A DNA stretch of 64,000 nt, from the IMG/VR virus record IMGVR_UViG_3300007734_000761, positions 1-64,000 of that record. One strand, 5' to 3'. The position numbers and the translations under genes are program-made. The stretch is from a virus. How positions within the stretch are numbered: the stretch's first letter is position 1; every line of letters starts with the position of its first letter. The notes beneath the pieces are model-generated. The model saw nothing but the letters and a program-made list of their open reading frames with translations, was not told the DNA's origin and did not search any database. This document shows positions 54,345 through 63,926 of this stretch, one piece after another.

Positions 54345-55946
54345 TTAGAACCCCATATTCATCTCAGGACTTTCTTCTCTTTTTTCGTCAAATACTACCG
54401 ACTCACTAGTCAAAATAGTACTTGCTACAGAAAGAGCATTTTCAAGAGCTACTCTTGTTACTTTCACTGGATCTAACAATCCACTTTCATATGCGTCTAC
54501 AATAACTCCTGTTTTAGCATTATACGTGTTGTTAGGTGATTCAATTAACTTTTCAATCATACTATCAGTTAAATTTAATCCAGCATTAGACAAGATTTTC
54601 TTAAAAGGAGAACTGATACTTGACTTAACAATATCTTCTCCTAAAGTAACTCCTTCTAATTCAGCAGCAATGTTATACAAAGGCCATCCACCACCTGGAA
54701 TTACTCCTTCTGCAATAGCTGCTTTAGTAGCATACAAAGCATCTTCTACTCTGTCTCTTTTTTCTTTAATTTCAAGATCACTATTACCTCCTACACTAAT
54801 AATAGCAACACCACCACTCAAACGACCTAAACGTTCTTGTAACTTTTCACGTTCAAACATTGATTGGGCGGCATCGATTTGGACTTTCAATTCTTCAGCG
54901 CGAGATTCTAAGTCTTCTGCATTACCTTTACCGTCTACAATGGTTGTAGTGTCTTTAGTTACTGTAATCATACGACAACTTCCTAATGCTTGGTTCAACG
55001 CTTCACCACTAATTTTTTCTAGTTTATGACCTTTTTTAGGACTCAAAACAACACCACCAGTCAAAATAGCCATGTCTTCAAGAAGCAAAGTTCTGCGATC
55101 ACCATAATCAGGAGCTTTAACAGCACATACTTTAATTGTGCCTCTTGCTTTGTTTAACAACATCACAGCTAAAGCTTCTTCACCAAACTCTTCAGCAATA
55201 ATAACTGCAGGTCTATTTTCACCACTAGCTTTTTGTAATACAGGAACTAAATCGGCAGCAGCGGCAATAACACCATCATACAACAAAATCATAGGACTTT
55301 CCAAAACAGCTTTCATTGTATTGTTGTCTGTAACAAAGTAAGGTGACTTATAGCCTCTGTCAAACTGCATACCTTCTACAATGTCCAATACAGTTTCGCC
55401 TGTTTTACTAGACTCAATAGTTACAATTCCTTCATAACCTACTTCTTTAATAGCTTCACTAATTAAATAACCAATTTCTTCATCGTTGTTACCTGAAATT
55501 GTAGCAACATACTTAATTTGGTCGTCACTTGTAACTGGTTGGGCTAAATCTTTAAGTTTTTCAATTACATTTGAAACTGTAGATTCCATTTGTTTTTTTA
55601 CTTCTACTACATTTACTCCTTTATTGATTAAATTAATTCCTTCTTCAATCATGGTAGTAGCAAGAAGTGTACTAGTAGTTGTACCATCTCCAGCTTCGTT
55701 AGCTGATTTAATACTAACTTGTTTTACAAGTTGTGCTCCGATGTTTTCAATATCATCGTCTAATTTATGAAAGCTTTTTGCAACAGTTACACCGTCTTTA
55801 GTTGCTGTAATAGTACCGTCTTCTTTTTGAATCAATACGTTTCTACCACCAGGTCCTAAAGTTGAACTAACACTGTTGTTAAGTTTTTTAATTCCGTCAA
55901 GTAATTTACCTTTTAATTCGTCTCCAAATAATGTTTTTGTGCTCAT
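54345..55946 (-). CDS. groEL: chaperonin GroEL
   Basis: TLGPGGRNV, TKDGVTVAK, AGDGTTT, EGMQFDRGYKSPYF, ERLGRLSGGVA, DPVKVTR. Confidence 0.97.
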   Translation of the reverse strand: MSTKTLFGDELKGKLLDGIKKLNNSVSSTLGPGGRNVLIQKEDGTITATKDGVTVAKSFHKLDDDIENIGAQLVKQVSIKSANEAGDGTTTSTLLATTMIEEGINLINKGVNVVEVKKQMESTVSNVIEKLKDLAQPVTSDDQIKYVATISGNNDEEIGYLISEAIKEVGYEGIVTIESSKTGETVLDIVEGMQFDRGYKSPYFVTDNNTMKAVLESPMILLYDGVIAAAADLVPVLQKASGENRPAVIIAEEFGEEALAVMLLNKARGTIKVCAVKAPDYGDRRTLLLEDMAILTGGVVLSPKKGHKLEKISGEALNQALGSCRMITVTKDTTTIVDGKGNAEDLESRAEELKVQIDAAQSMFEREKLQERLGRLSGGVAIISVGGNSDLEIKEKRDRVEDALYATKAAIAEGVIPGGGWPLYNIAAELEGVTLGEDIVKSSISSPFKKILSNAGLNLTDSMIEKLIESPNNTYNAKTGVIVDAYESGLLDPVKVTRVALENALSVASTILTSESVVFDEKREESPEMNMGF

Positions 55947-55947
55947 G

Positions 55948-56250
55948 TTATTTTACAATTCCTATAATATCTGTTTCTTTACATACAATAAAATCTTCAC
56001 CATCTACTGAAATAGTTTGTGAACCCATGCGAGGTACAATACATAAATCACCTATACTTACTTCTGATGATTTATAAGCTCCTTGATGGTAATTAAAGGT
56101 TTCACTTACATCTATTACTTCAGCAATAAGACTTTTTTCTTTACCTAAATCAGGTAAGAAAATATTTCCTACCATTTGTTCACTTTCTTCCACCTGTTTC
56201 AAAACAATATGTCCATTGACAGGTTTAATTATTCTTAATTCTGTAATCAT
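55948..56250 (-). CDS. groES: co-chaperonin GroES
   Basis: IKPV..IVLK..GNIFLPD..KEK..ETDIIG; adjacent to groEL. Confidence 0.9.
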   Translation of the reverse strand: MITELRIIKPVNGHIVLKQVEESEQMVGNIFLPDLGKEKSLIAEVIDVSETFNYHQGAYKSSEVSIGDLCIVPRMGSQTISVDGEDFIVCKETDIIGIVK

Positions 56251-56534
56251 ATCTTAAATTTTTCATTAATTTTTTCCATAATTTCATTATAACGTTTTAA
56301 AAAGTCTGAAATTGTAGTTGTTTTTTGTTCATTTACAAGCATTTTAGCAACACTTTTTAAAGCACCATCTAACTGAGTATGGTAAGTCAAATTTTCATCT
56401 TGACCTTTTTCTTTAGGTTTCACTACTGTGTAGCTAAAACCATCAAAATAAATTACATAAGGATTAATAGCCTCATCTTCTATTTTTGTTTGAGATTCTT
56501 CTCTAGACTGTTTTCGGAATTTATTTTCATTCAT
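56247..56534 (-). CDS. hypothetical protein
   Basis: 95 aa; class II promoter TTGGAT-N17-TATACT at 56541-56569. Confidence 0.7.
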   Translation of the reverse strand: MNENKFRKQSREESQTKIEDEAINPYVIYFDGFSYTVVKPKEKGQDENLTYHTQLDGALKSVAKMLVNEQKTTTISDFLKRYNEIMEKINEKFKI

Positions 56535-56551
56535 AACTATAGTATAATAAA

Positions 56552-56767
56552 TTAATTTGAAAAATCCAATTTATGTTGGATATCTGGAACTATTACTGCT
56601 TCCTGTACTTCATTCACAAACCAATAATTACCTTGAGCTTTAAAAACATGGTCGGTACCTAGTTTATATTTAAACCACTTTGGGTCTATTTGAGTGTACT
56701 CAGGAATGGTTCTAACTACGGAATAAAGTTTATTGTTATTTTTAACTAGTTTGGGGAGGGTTATCAT
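56552..56767 (-). CDS. hypothetical protein
   Basis: 71 aa ORF. Confidence 0.65.
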   Translation of the reverse strand: MITLPKLVKNNNKLYSVVRTIPEYTQIDPKWFKYKLGTDHVFKAQGNYWFVNEVQEAVIVPDIQHKLDFSN

Positions 56768-57095
56768 AACTTTTTGGTGTTTGCGGAACTGGATTGTATG
56801 TTGGTTTTTCTACTTTTATAAATGGAGATTCTTGTACTTTAAATTTACGAACTCCTTTTATATTTTCAATATCTTTTATAACTTGGTTATGTACATCTGG
56901 TGTAAATTTACCTCCTAAAGGATTTGGATTTACTTTTGCTACTATAGCTATTTTATCTTTATCTAAAGAACGAGTATTTAATGTAACTATACCTTCGATT
57001 GCACGAATATCATCATAAATTTCTCCATGAGTTTTTTCTGTGTTACTTGTACTTGTAAATAAAAGTCCTTTAATACTAGATAGTTGCCTAGCCAT
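56742..57095 (-). CDS. hypothetical late protein
   Basis: Internal repeat DIRAIEGIV / DIENIKGVR; late motif at 57101-57108. Confidence 0.7.
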   Translation of the reverse strand: MARQLSSIKGLLFTSTSNTEKTHGEIYDDIRAIEGIVTLNTRSLDKDKIAIVAKVNPNPLGGKFTPDVHNQVIKDIENIKGVRKFKVQESPFIKVEKPTYNPVPQTPKSYDNPPQTS

Positions 57096-57109
57096 ATATG
57101 ATAAATATA

Positions 57110-57841
57110 TTACTCACTTAGTTTTACTAAAAAATAAGTACCTACTGTTTCATCTTCTGTAAAGATTATTTTTAATAGGCCTTGTTCATTAATTTTTGCT
57201 TTCCCTGTTGCTAATTTATTTACACTAAGTATTTCTCTAAATACGTTAGCACTAAATGGCATTTTATCAACACCAAAAGTAAAATCTGCATTTTGTCTAA
57301 GTTTAATTTTATTAGCATAACTAGCACTATCTCCTACACATAATTCAATGTATTTTTCTTCATTTTCAACTTTACATTCTATTGTAAAGTAATTAGGTTT
57401 ATCTAAAGCATTGTGGGCTTTAATAAAGTTTTTAATAAAATCCTCATCAATGTCAAATTCTACATCATATTGTTCAGGCTCATTAATATTTGGGGCAGTT
57501 GGAATTAAATCTTCACTAGACAAATAATATGTAAGATCAAAATCGTTGTCTTTTATGCTTAATTGATATGGAATATTTTGACTACCCGTTACAACATCTG
57601 CGGTCATAAAAGTATCCATAACACTAAGAATTTTATTAAACTGTGAAGTTGAGTAAATACAAATGTCGTGTTTACCAAAACCAAGATTTTGTGTGGTTTT
57701 AATAGTTCCTGCACAATCTTTAGTTTGAGTAACAAATTTTACTGAACATCCATCCTTTTCTGTGCTGTTCCATTTAACTGATTCTACTAAACCATTAAGA
57801 TGATACTTGTCTATAAATTGAGTAAGGTATTTCTTCTCCAT
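57110..57841 (-). CDS. sliding clamp (T4 gp45-like)
   Basis: 243 aa; IYS.SQF.KILS; near polB with clamp loader present; class II promoter at 57848-57876. Confidence 0.75.
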   Translation of the reverse strand: MEKKYLTQFIDKYHLNGLVESVKWNSTEKDGCSVKFVTQTKDCAGTIKTTQNLGFGKHDICIYSTSQFNKILSVMDTFMTADVVTGSQNIPYQLSIKDNDFDLTYYLSSEDLIPTAPNINEPEQYDVEFDIDEDFIKNFIKAHNALDKPNYFTIECKVENEEKYIELCVGDSASYANKIKLRQNADFTFGVDKMPFSANVFREILSVNKLATGKAKINEQGLLKIIFTEDETVGTYFLVKLSE

Positions 57842-57878
57842 ACTAATATTATAATAAAACCTTTATTAAAAAACAATT

Positions 57879-59303
57879 TTAAGAAATAACTTTACCAGCA
57901 GTTCCAGGAGGTACTCTGTCAATTTTTGTTCCTCTGATGTCTAGTGTTCCTCCTACTTTTAAACCAGGAGGTAAAGTTAAATCAGGGTTATTAGAAATGT
58001 TGAAGTCACCTGTTATAGTTAAATTGCTAGGAAGTGTTTTAACACCTGTTGATGAAATGTTAGCATTACCTTGAATAGTAGGTCTAGCGGTTTCAGGAAT
58101 ATTAATGTTTCCTAAAATTCTAATCATTAGCCAGTTTTTGTAAGCTTCTCCAGGTAAAGTTTCTTTACTAAGAAGACTATTACCTTCATTGTCTTTTTTA
58201 TTTGCTAAAAATTTCATTAAAGAAATGTAAGGGAATTTTAACGCTTGTTTAGCTCCAGCTTCTGTACCATCACTAGTTTTCAATAAACCTGTGTTAGAAT
58301 CGTAATAAACTAAATTGTTACTTTGATCAGCTCCTGTTTTGGCATCTATGTAATATGCAGGTCCCACTTTATAAATAGGGAAACCATCAACTACGTCTTC
58401 TTTAAATTTACTTAAGTCTAAGTCAAAAGCCATTGATTTGGAAGGTATTCTACCTTCTTTATCTAATAAGAATTGTAAAAATTCTTTTTGAACAGGACTA
58501 TTATAAGATCTAATTTCTGAATCAGATTCATCTTTTAACTGACCTGACTCATAGTGTAATTGATATTGTCTTCTTGTATTCCAGTTTTTAAATAAGTAGT
58601 AAGGACCATTAGATAAGTAACTATTGAACATACCTGTGTTTCTAGTACACCAAGTTACTCTATATCCTGATTTAGGTGCTTCTTCTTTTTCTTTACTAGG
58701 AGTAAATCGTTGTTCTTGGTCTCCACATCCTGTTATTTCTAAGTATTTTCTATAACAAGCCTCGTCTCCTTTACATTTTTGTGGAACTTTATAAACTGTA
58801 AAACCTGAAGGTGTTTGTCCTAAAATAGTAATAGGAGCAATAAAAGCTCCTCTAAGTTTTTCAGGTCCAGCTTGAACTTCTTCAGCACCACCTTCAATTT
58901 TTGCTTTGGCAACACCTATAATGTTTTCAAAGTCTCTTAAAGTCTTATAAAGGTTAATGTCTGGTTGAAAACCATCTACATTTAATTTTTTAATTCTTTG
59001 TTTGTTTTTATCAAAGAATGGCAACAATAATTTTACTTCTTCATTGTGACCATCATCAAAGAATCTTTTTCTTTCAGTACGATCTAACTTTACATAGCGA
59101 GGTATTAACCAGTTTAAGTAAGTTCCGTTAGGTGTTTCATCAATGTCTACTAATGCTTTAAACTCTTTTTCACTGATTTTATTTGGATCCATAGAACCCA
59201 TTCCCTTAGGAGCGTCTTTGTCCACTTGTTGAACAAACTTAGTTTTTAACGCTGCTTCTTTTTCAGCCGATAACGCTTCTGCAAGTAAGTCTAGTAATCG
59301 CAT
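57879..59303 (-). CDS. putative internal virion protein: LxE leader, central WCT..YL..GPYY domain, C-terminal LRR-like repeats
   Basis: MRLLDLLAE; LPSNLTITGDFNIS / LPPGLKVGGTLDIR. Confidence 0.7.
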   Translation of the reverse strand: MRLLDLLAEALSAEKEAALKTKFVQQVDKDAPKGMGSMDPNKISEKEFKALVDIDETPNGTYLNWLIPRYVKLDRTERKRFFDDGHNEEVKLLLPFFDKNKQRIKKLNVDGFQPDINLYKTLRDFENIIGVAKAKIEGGAEEVQAGPEKLRGAFIAPITILGQTPSGFTVYKVPQKCKGDEACYRKYLEITGCGDQEQRFTPSKEKEEAPKSGYRVTWCTRNTGMFNSYLSNGPYYLFKNWNTRRQYQLHYESGQLKDESDSEIRSYNSPVQKEFLQFLLDKEGRIPSKSMAFDLDLSKFKEDVVDGFPIYKVGPAYYIDAKTGADQSNNLVYYDSNTGLLKTSDGTEAGAKQALKFPYISLMKFLANKKDNEGNSLLSKETLPGEAYKNWLMIRILGNINIPETARPTIQGNANISSTGVKTLPSNLTITGDFNISNNPDLTLPPGLKVGGTLDIRGTKIDRVPPGTAGKVIS

Positions 59304-59397
59304 ATAGTATAAATATGTTTTTAAGAATTTAAATCATTTATTAAAGTTTGCATTTCTTTATCCGCAGGTCCACCATAACTAAAAGTGTATGTTCCTT

Positions 59398-59856
59398 TTA
59401 AAAATTCACTATAATAATATTGTTAATACCTGGAAGTTGATTTTCTAACTCTTCTTTATCAAATTTTTTAGAATTTAAAACTAAATTTCCATTAACTATT
59501 AAATCATCAGGAAAAGATGTGAGATTTTTACAATTAAGAAGATCTAAATCTCCTCTCACTATTAGTCCTTTTGGAAGAGAATTAATTTTAGTGTTAGATA
59601 AACTCAAATAACCATCAATTTCTAAATAATCAGGAAGAATAGTTACATTACTTCTAGATAGATCTAAATACCCATCAATGTATTCTACATTTGCTAGTAA
59701 TTCATTAACATTTGGTGCTTTAGTCAATTTATACCCAGAACTAAATTCTGAATTTCCTTTTTTATAAGGTTTTAATTGAGAATTTTCTTCATTTAAACGA
59801 GATTGGAAAGTGATTTTATTCTCTACTAAGAATTTTTTTAGGTCAAAATTGTCCAT
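59398..59856 (-). CDS. putative internal virion protein with LRR-like repeats
   Basis: MDNFDLKKFLVE..RLNE; LPDYLEIDGYLSLS, LPKGLIVRGDLDL, FPDDLIVNGNLVL. Confidence 0.72.
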   Translation of the reverse strand: MDNFDLKKFLVENKITFQSRLNEENSQLKPYKKGNSEFSSGYKLTKAPNVNELLANVEYIDGYLDLSRSNVTILPDYLEIDGYLSLSNTKINSLPKGLIVRGDLDLLNCKNLTSFPDDLIVNGNLVLNSKKFDKEELENQLPGINNIIIVNF

Positions 59857-59880
59857 ATCTTTTTATTTGTTATAAATATG

Positions 59881-60600
59881 TTATTTTTTATATTTCCAGA
59901 GATAGCCACCAGCTTGTTTTTGTTTACCTGCTAAGCATCCTGCTATATCTCCTTTTCCTAACCACTTTTCAGCTTCTTTTCTACTAGGCCAATCTTGAAT
60001 AAAGTTACCTTCTAAATCATACTGAGTGATTGGTTTATTATTTCTTGTTTTTCCTATGCTTTTATTAAGTCTTTTTTGTATATGTTCTTGAGATTGAGGT
60101 CCTTTTGGTTTTCTCATTTTTTGTTTAGTTTCTTCAGTTCTTGGTTGACCCTTAGGATAGCCATTTTTTCCAATCATATTTTTTCTATTTTCTTCAGTTC
60201 TTGGTTGACCTTTAGGATAGCCATTAGTTCCAGTTTTACTAATACTCTGTTTTATAGCCATTGTATTTTTTTCTTCTTCACTTCTTTCATCCCACATTTG
60301 TTTAGCTTGTAAACTTTTATTATGTTTTTGTTCTTCAGTCCAACTTTCCATTCCTCCCCCTCCTTCTTTTCTTGGATTTACAACATCAAAACCCCAACCA
60401 ATAAAACTTTGTATCCACATTGTTTCTATTGGTCTCCATTTTTTTCTATCTAAAGAATCTACTTGGTCAATAATAATATAATCCTCACTACCATAAGTTC
60501 TTTTATGGTCATTTTTTCTTTTGTTAGGATTTTTAGTTTTTCCTATATAAACTTTATTAGAATCTCCATAACAGTTTTCAACTAAATAAATGTAAGTCAT
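59881..60600 (-). mobile_element. GIY-YIG homing endonuclease with NUMOD repeats, directly downstream of polB
   Basis: YIYLV..VYIGKT..R..H..E..N; QYDLEGNFIQDWPS..GGYLWKY. Confidence 0.9.
60131..60225. repeat. 35 bp direct repeat, 60 bp period (NGYPKGQPRTEE x2)
   Basis: tcttcagttcttggttgacc(c/t)ttaggatagccatt at 60131 and 60191. Confidence 0.85.
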
Positions 60601-60614
60601 TCACATATAAATAT

Positions 60615-63194
60615 TTAAAAGTTAAAAAATTTTGAAACATTCTCATTGAGTGAAGGGAACTGATTAGGTCCATAGATATCTTCATAAATGCCTTGAAGTT
60701 TATTTAGTAAGACGTTGTTGAATCCACTATCTGTATCAGCATATTTGTCTAAGAACTCTAATATAAATGGAGGTGAATCATTAGTAAATGCAAGAACTTC
60801 AATACCATATGGGTTTTTCTTTAAGGGGATAAACTTGATTTTGCTTCCCTCAGTAATAAGGGGATATTCTTTGTCTAAACCTTTAAACTTGATTAGATCA
60901 TTTGTGTAAATAGCACTCTTTGTGTTAATAGGACACTTGTTTCCTAATTTACTAAAAATTTGACCTGCTGCTGGAGGAGATGCTATATAGCTTTTTATTT
61001 GTTTTACTCCTGTTGGTTTAGCTAACTTTGAATAGTGAGTTAATTTTACTTCTTTTCTAAAGTCTTGAATCTTCTTATCGATTTCTTTTTTAGGCTTACC
61101 ATACATAATGTCCATTAATAATCCTTTACCAAAAGTAGCATACATTGGAGTCATGTTACTTTTCATAATGTCCATTCCTTTAATGTCTAATTCTTCAGTT
61201 GGAACACCTTCTTTATTTACAATAAATTGAGCATATCTTCTTTTACCAGCAAAATAACCTCGTTCAAGAATAACTTCTTGTTTCAACTCAAAATATTCGT
61301 TGTCACAGTTGAACTGTGTTTTACATAAGTTTTGTAAAAATGGTTTTGTTTTTTCTTGATATTCAGCTGTGATTTCTAATGCTACAGGAACTACTTGTTC
61401 TCTTGATTTAATGTCTACTGTTGGATTTCTGTGAGCAATCAAGTCTTTCATTTCAAAAAATAATGAGTCTGTGTCAGCAGTAACAACATAATCTTTATTA
61501 GTACCTAACTCTTGATTGATTTCTTTATTTACAAACTTAATTGATTCTTGGTCTAATCGTTGACCAGTTAAAGTAATAGCTTTACTAATAAACAAGTTAC
61601 CATCACTGTATCTCCAACCATTTTGAGCATAACAACCATACAAGTCATTAAGTTTAATCTTCATTGCGTGTTGTCTTTTATTGTAAAATTCACCAAGTTC
61701 AGGATCTTTTAATACTTTGTAAGCTTCCTTCATTTTGTTTTTGTAAGCTTTACGTTTGTCGAACCAATCATTTAAAACGTCTGCTACAATACTATTTTTG
61801 TCTGTTCTAAACACAGTACCATTAGCAGCAATAATCATTTTCTTTGATTCAATAAACTCAATAAATACACTAACTATCATTTCTATTTCTTGAACCTTAC
61901 GGTCTGCTGTTACTCTTTCAAGATAAAGTGTTTGGTGTGGTGGAAGTTGTTTTAAGTCTTCTAAACCCCACTGATTATCGTATTTGTCTCTGTTTTTAAT
62001 TCTACAAACTAAAGTTTCAATTCCCATATTTAAGTTACGAATAATTGAAGGATACAAAGAAGTAAAATCTAAGTCACTAACCCACTCATATAAGCCTGGA
62101 ACTGGGTCCTTTAAATAACCACCGGCATATTCTTCATTTGCACCTTTTAATGCGGGATTCATTGTAGTCGGCTTATTCGGTGAAACAATATCTTTACGGC
62201 GCAAATATGTGAGAATAGCGCCCTCATTTAATGCAGTTGAATAATATATGTTCTCGTAAGATGTATGACACAAGTGACAAATATTTTTTGTTAATTCAAT
62301 AAACTGAAGCTTGTTGTCTAGAGCAATTAAAATTTCAACGTCTCGTAAGTTATATTCAATAAATTTATTTACATCTTCTTGAAATAACCTGTCTAATGAT
62401 CCTTCATATTCAATCTTACCTAACTTTACATATTTTTCACCAATAGCAGCAAGTGCATAACTTGGTTCTTGAGACATAATAAACTTCTTATGAAGCAACA
62501 TATAGTCAAGATGATTGATTCCACTGATTTTAATTGTTTCTTCATCACCGTATCCTGTTGGTTTACAACGTTTTAGTGGACTCAATCTATTAGCGTGATC
62601 ATTTCCCAACACATTACACATTCTGTAATACAAGTAAGGAATATCGAAAAACTCACTATTCCATCCACTTATGATTGTTGGATCACATTCTTCCCATTTA
62701 CTTAAGAATCCTTTTAATAAGTCTTTTTCTGTACTATAAGGAATAATTTCTTTACCTTCTTCTTCTACTCTGTTGAGTTGTTTTTTTTCGTCAAGAATTA
62801 AACAGTAGTATTTTTTTAAAGTTGAATCATAAAGAGCAATTGAAGTAATTTTCATTGGTGCTCTCTTAATGTATTCTATTGTCAATGCTCCACCAATTTC
62901 ACACTCAATGTCTAAAAATACTACATTGTGCCATTTTGGTGTGTCATCACTTTCTTTATAAATGTCTACTAAAGCATTAGTTTCTGTTGGAATATCTATT
63001 TCATAAAATTTAGTTGGTTGGGTCTTGTCCATTTCGTGAGTTGGACTTACTCTTTTACCATCTAAAGTAAAAAATTCCCCATTATCATCTAACTTGTAAT
63101 ATGTTGGTTTGTAGTCTATTTCTTGCCATCCTAACTCATCATCTCTAATAATAACCTTTTTTGTATAATAATTATAATCTATAACTTGGTACAT
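60615..63194 (-). CDS. family B DNA polymerase (T4 gp43-like)
   Basis: Exo DIECE, GWNSEFFD, YNLRDV; pol DFTSLYPS, KIKLNDLYG, ADTDS, KRRY. Confidence 0.97.
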   Translation of the reverse strand: MYQVIDYNYYTKKVIIRDDELGWQEIDYKPTYYKLDDNGEFFTLDGKRVSPTHEMDKTQPTKFYEIDIPTETNALVDIYKESDDTPKWHNVVFLDIECEIGGALTIEYIKRAPMKITSIALYDSTLKKYYCLILDEKKQLNRVEEEGKEIIPYSTEKDLLKGFLSKWEECDPTIISGWNSEFFDIPYLYYRMCNVLGNDHANRLSPLKRCKPTGYGDEETIKISGINHLDYMLLHKKFIMSQEPSYALAAIGEKYVKLGKIEYEGSLDRLFQEDVNKFIEYNLRDVEILIALDNKLQFIELTKNICHLCHTSYENIYYSTALNEGAILTYLRRKDIVSPNKPTTMNPALKGANEEYAGGYLKDPVPGLYEWVSDLDFTSLYPSIIRNLNMGIETLVCRIKNRDKYDNQWGLEDLKQLPPHQTLYLERVTADRKVQEIEMIVSVFIEFIESKKMIIAANGTVFRTDKNSIVADVLNDWFDKRKAYKNKMKEAYKVLKDPELGEFYNKRQHAMKIKLNDLYGCYAQNGWRYSDGNLFISKAITLTGQRLDQESIKFVNKEINQELGTNKDYVVTADTDSLFFEMKDLIAHRNPTVDIKSREQVVPVALEITAEYQEKTKPFLQNLCKTQFNCDNEYFELKQEVILERGYFAGKRRYAQFIVNKEGVPTEELDIKGMDIMKSNMTPMYATFGKGLLMDIMYGKPKKEIDKKIQDFRKEVKLTHYSKLAKPTGVKQIKSYIASPPAAGQIFSKLGNKCPINTKSAIYTNDLIKFKGLDKEYPLITEGSKIKFIPLKKNPYGIEVLAFTNDSPPFILEFLDKYADTDSGFNNVLLNKLQGIYEDIYGPNQFPSLNENVSKFFNF

Positions 63195-63200
63195 ATTAAT

Positions 63201-63232
63201 AATATAAAAAAAGGCTTGGTAAATACCAAGCC
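63201..63232 (-). terminator. fused intrinsic terminator and class II promoter for polB
   Basis: GGCTTGGTA-TT-TACCAAGCC plus T run; TTGGTA-N17-TATATT. Confidence 0.78.
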
Positions 63233-63256
63233 CTTTTACTTTTATATTTTTTAAAA

Positions 63257-63871
63257 TTAACCTTTAAATACCATTAAATATTTTGAACCACTTGCTGAAC
63301 CTGCACCACTTCCAGATAACCATAAAGAGCCTGTTACTAAAGGTTCTGTGGTAGGTAATCCTACTAACCTAATTGGAGATCCTGTTACAAAAAGTGAACC
63401 AGAAATAATAACAGTTTGAACTAAAGGACTAACAGATGAAGCTGTTTGAGCTGTTGCTACATAAGAAGCTGTATTTGCTGTTACTACATAAGAAGCAGTA
63501 CTAGCATTAGTAGCCCAAGAAGCAGTGCCAAATAAAGATCCAGTAACATTTCCTGTAATAGTACCTGCTCCAATTGTTAATCCACCATTTAATGTAACGG
63601 TTCCTGCTGCAGTTAAATTAGTTACGTTTAATGTACTAACAGTAGCTGTACCAATGTTAGAACTTGAAATACTTGCTGACCAAAATGATTGTGAAGTTCC
63701 AGACATATACACGTTACTTGATCCTGTGTATGCTGCTTCTTTAATTACATTAATAACACTGTCAATTGAGGCAGTTAAGTTACCAAAGTTAGTGTCCATT
63801 TGGGTATAGGTTAACGCTGAACCAGTAGATAACCTAGACGTGATTGTTGGGTTCGATGGAAAAGTAGGCAT
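63257..63871 (-). CDS. tail-fibre-like virion protein
   Basis: GSALTYTQMDTNF; TGS and TASYV repeats; late motif at 63893-63900. Confidence 0.75.
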   Translation of the reverse strand: MPTFPSNPTITSRLSTGSALTYTQMDTNFGNLTASIDSVINVIKEAAYTGSSNVYMSGTSQSFWSASISSSNIGTATVSTLNVTNLTAAGTVTLNGGLTIGAGTITGNVTGSLFGTASWATNASTASYVVTANTASYVATAQTASSVSPLVQTVIISGSLFVTGSPIRLVGLPTTEPLVTGSLWLSGSGAGSASGSKYLMVFKG

Positions 63872-63926
63872 TTTATTAAATTTTTATCAGTAATAAATAT
63901 GTAATATTTTTTAAAAAATGAAAGAA

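Noticed and set aside
54345-56250. Bacterial chromosome or host contamination suggested by groEL, glycosyltransferases and tRNAs
   Set aside because: These genes share the phage promoter motifs and are interleaved with T4-like replication, virion and lysis genes
60615-63194. Intein or intron in the DNA polymerase
   Set aside because: Continuous 859 aa ORF with normally ordered motifs; the adjacent GIY-YIG is free-standing
3520-63809. Plus-strand ORFs in the track other than 40940..41401, and nested minus-strand ORFs at 7667, 20660, 38576, 49141 and 50626
   Set aside because: All lie within or antisense to well-supported genes and lack motifs or promoters; typical shadow ORFs
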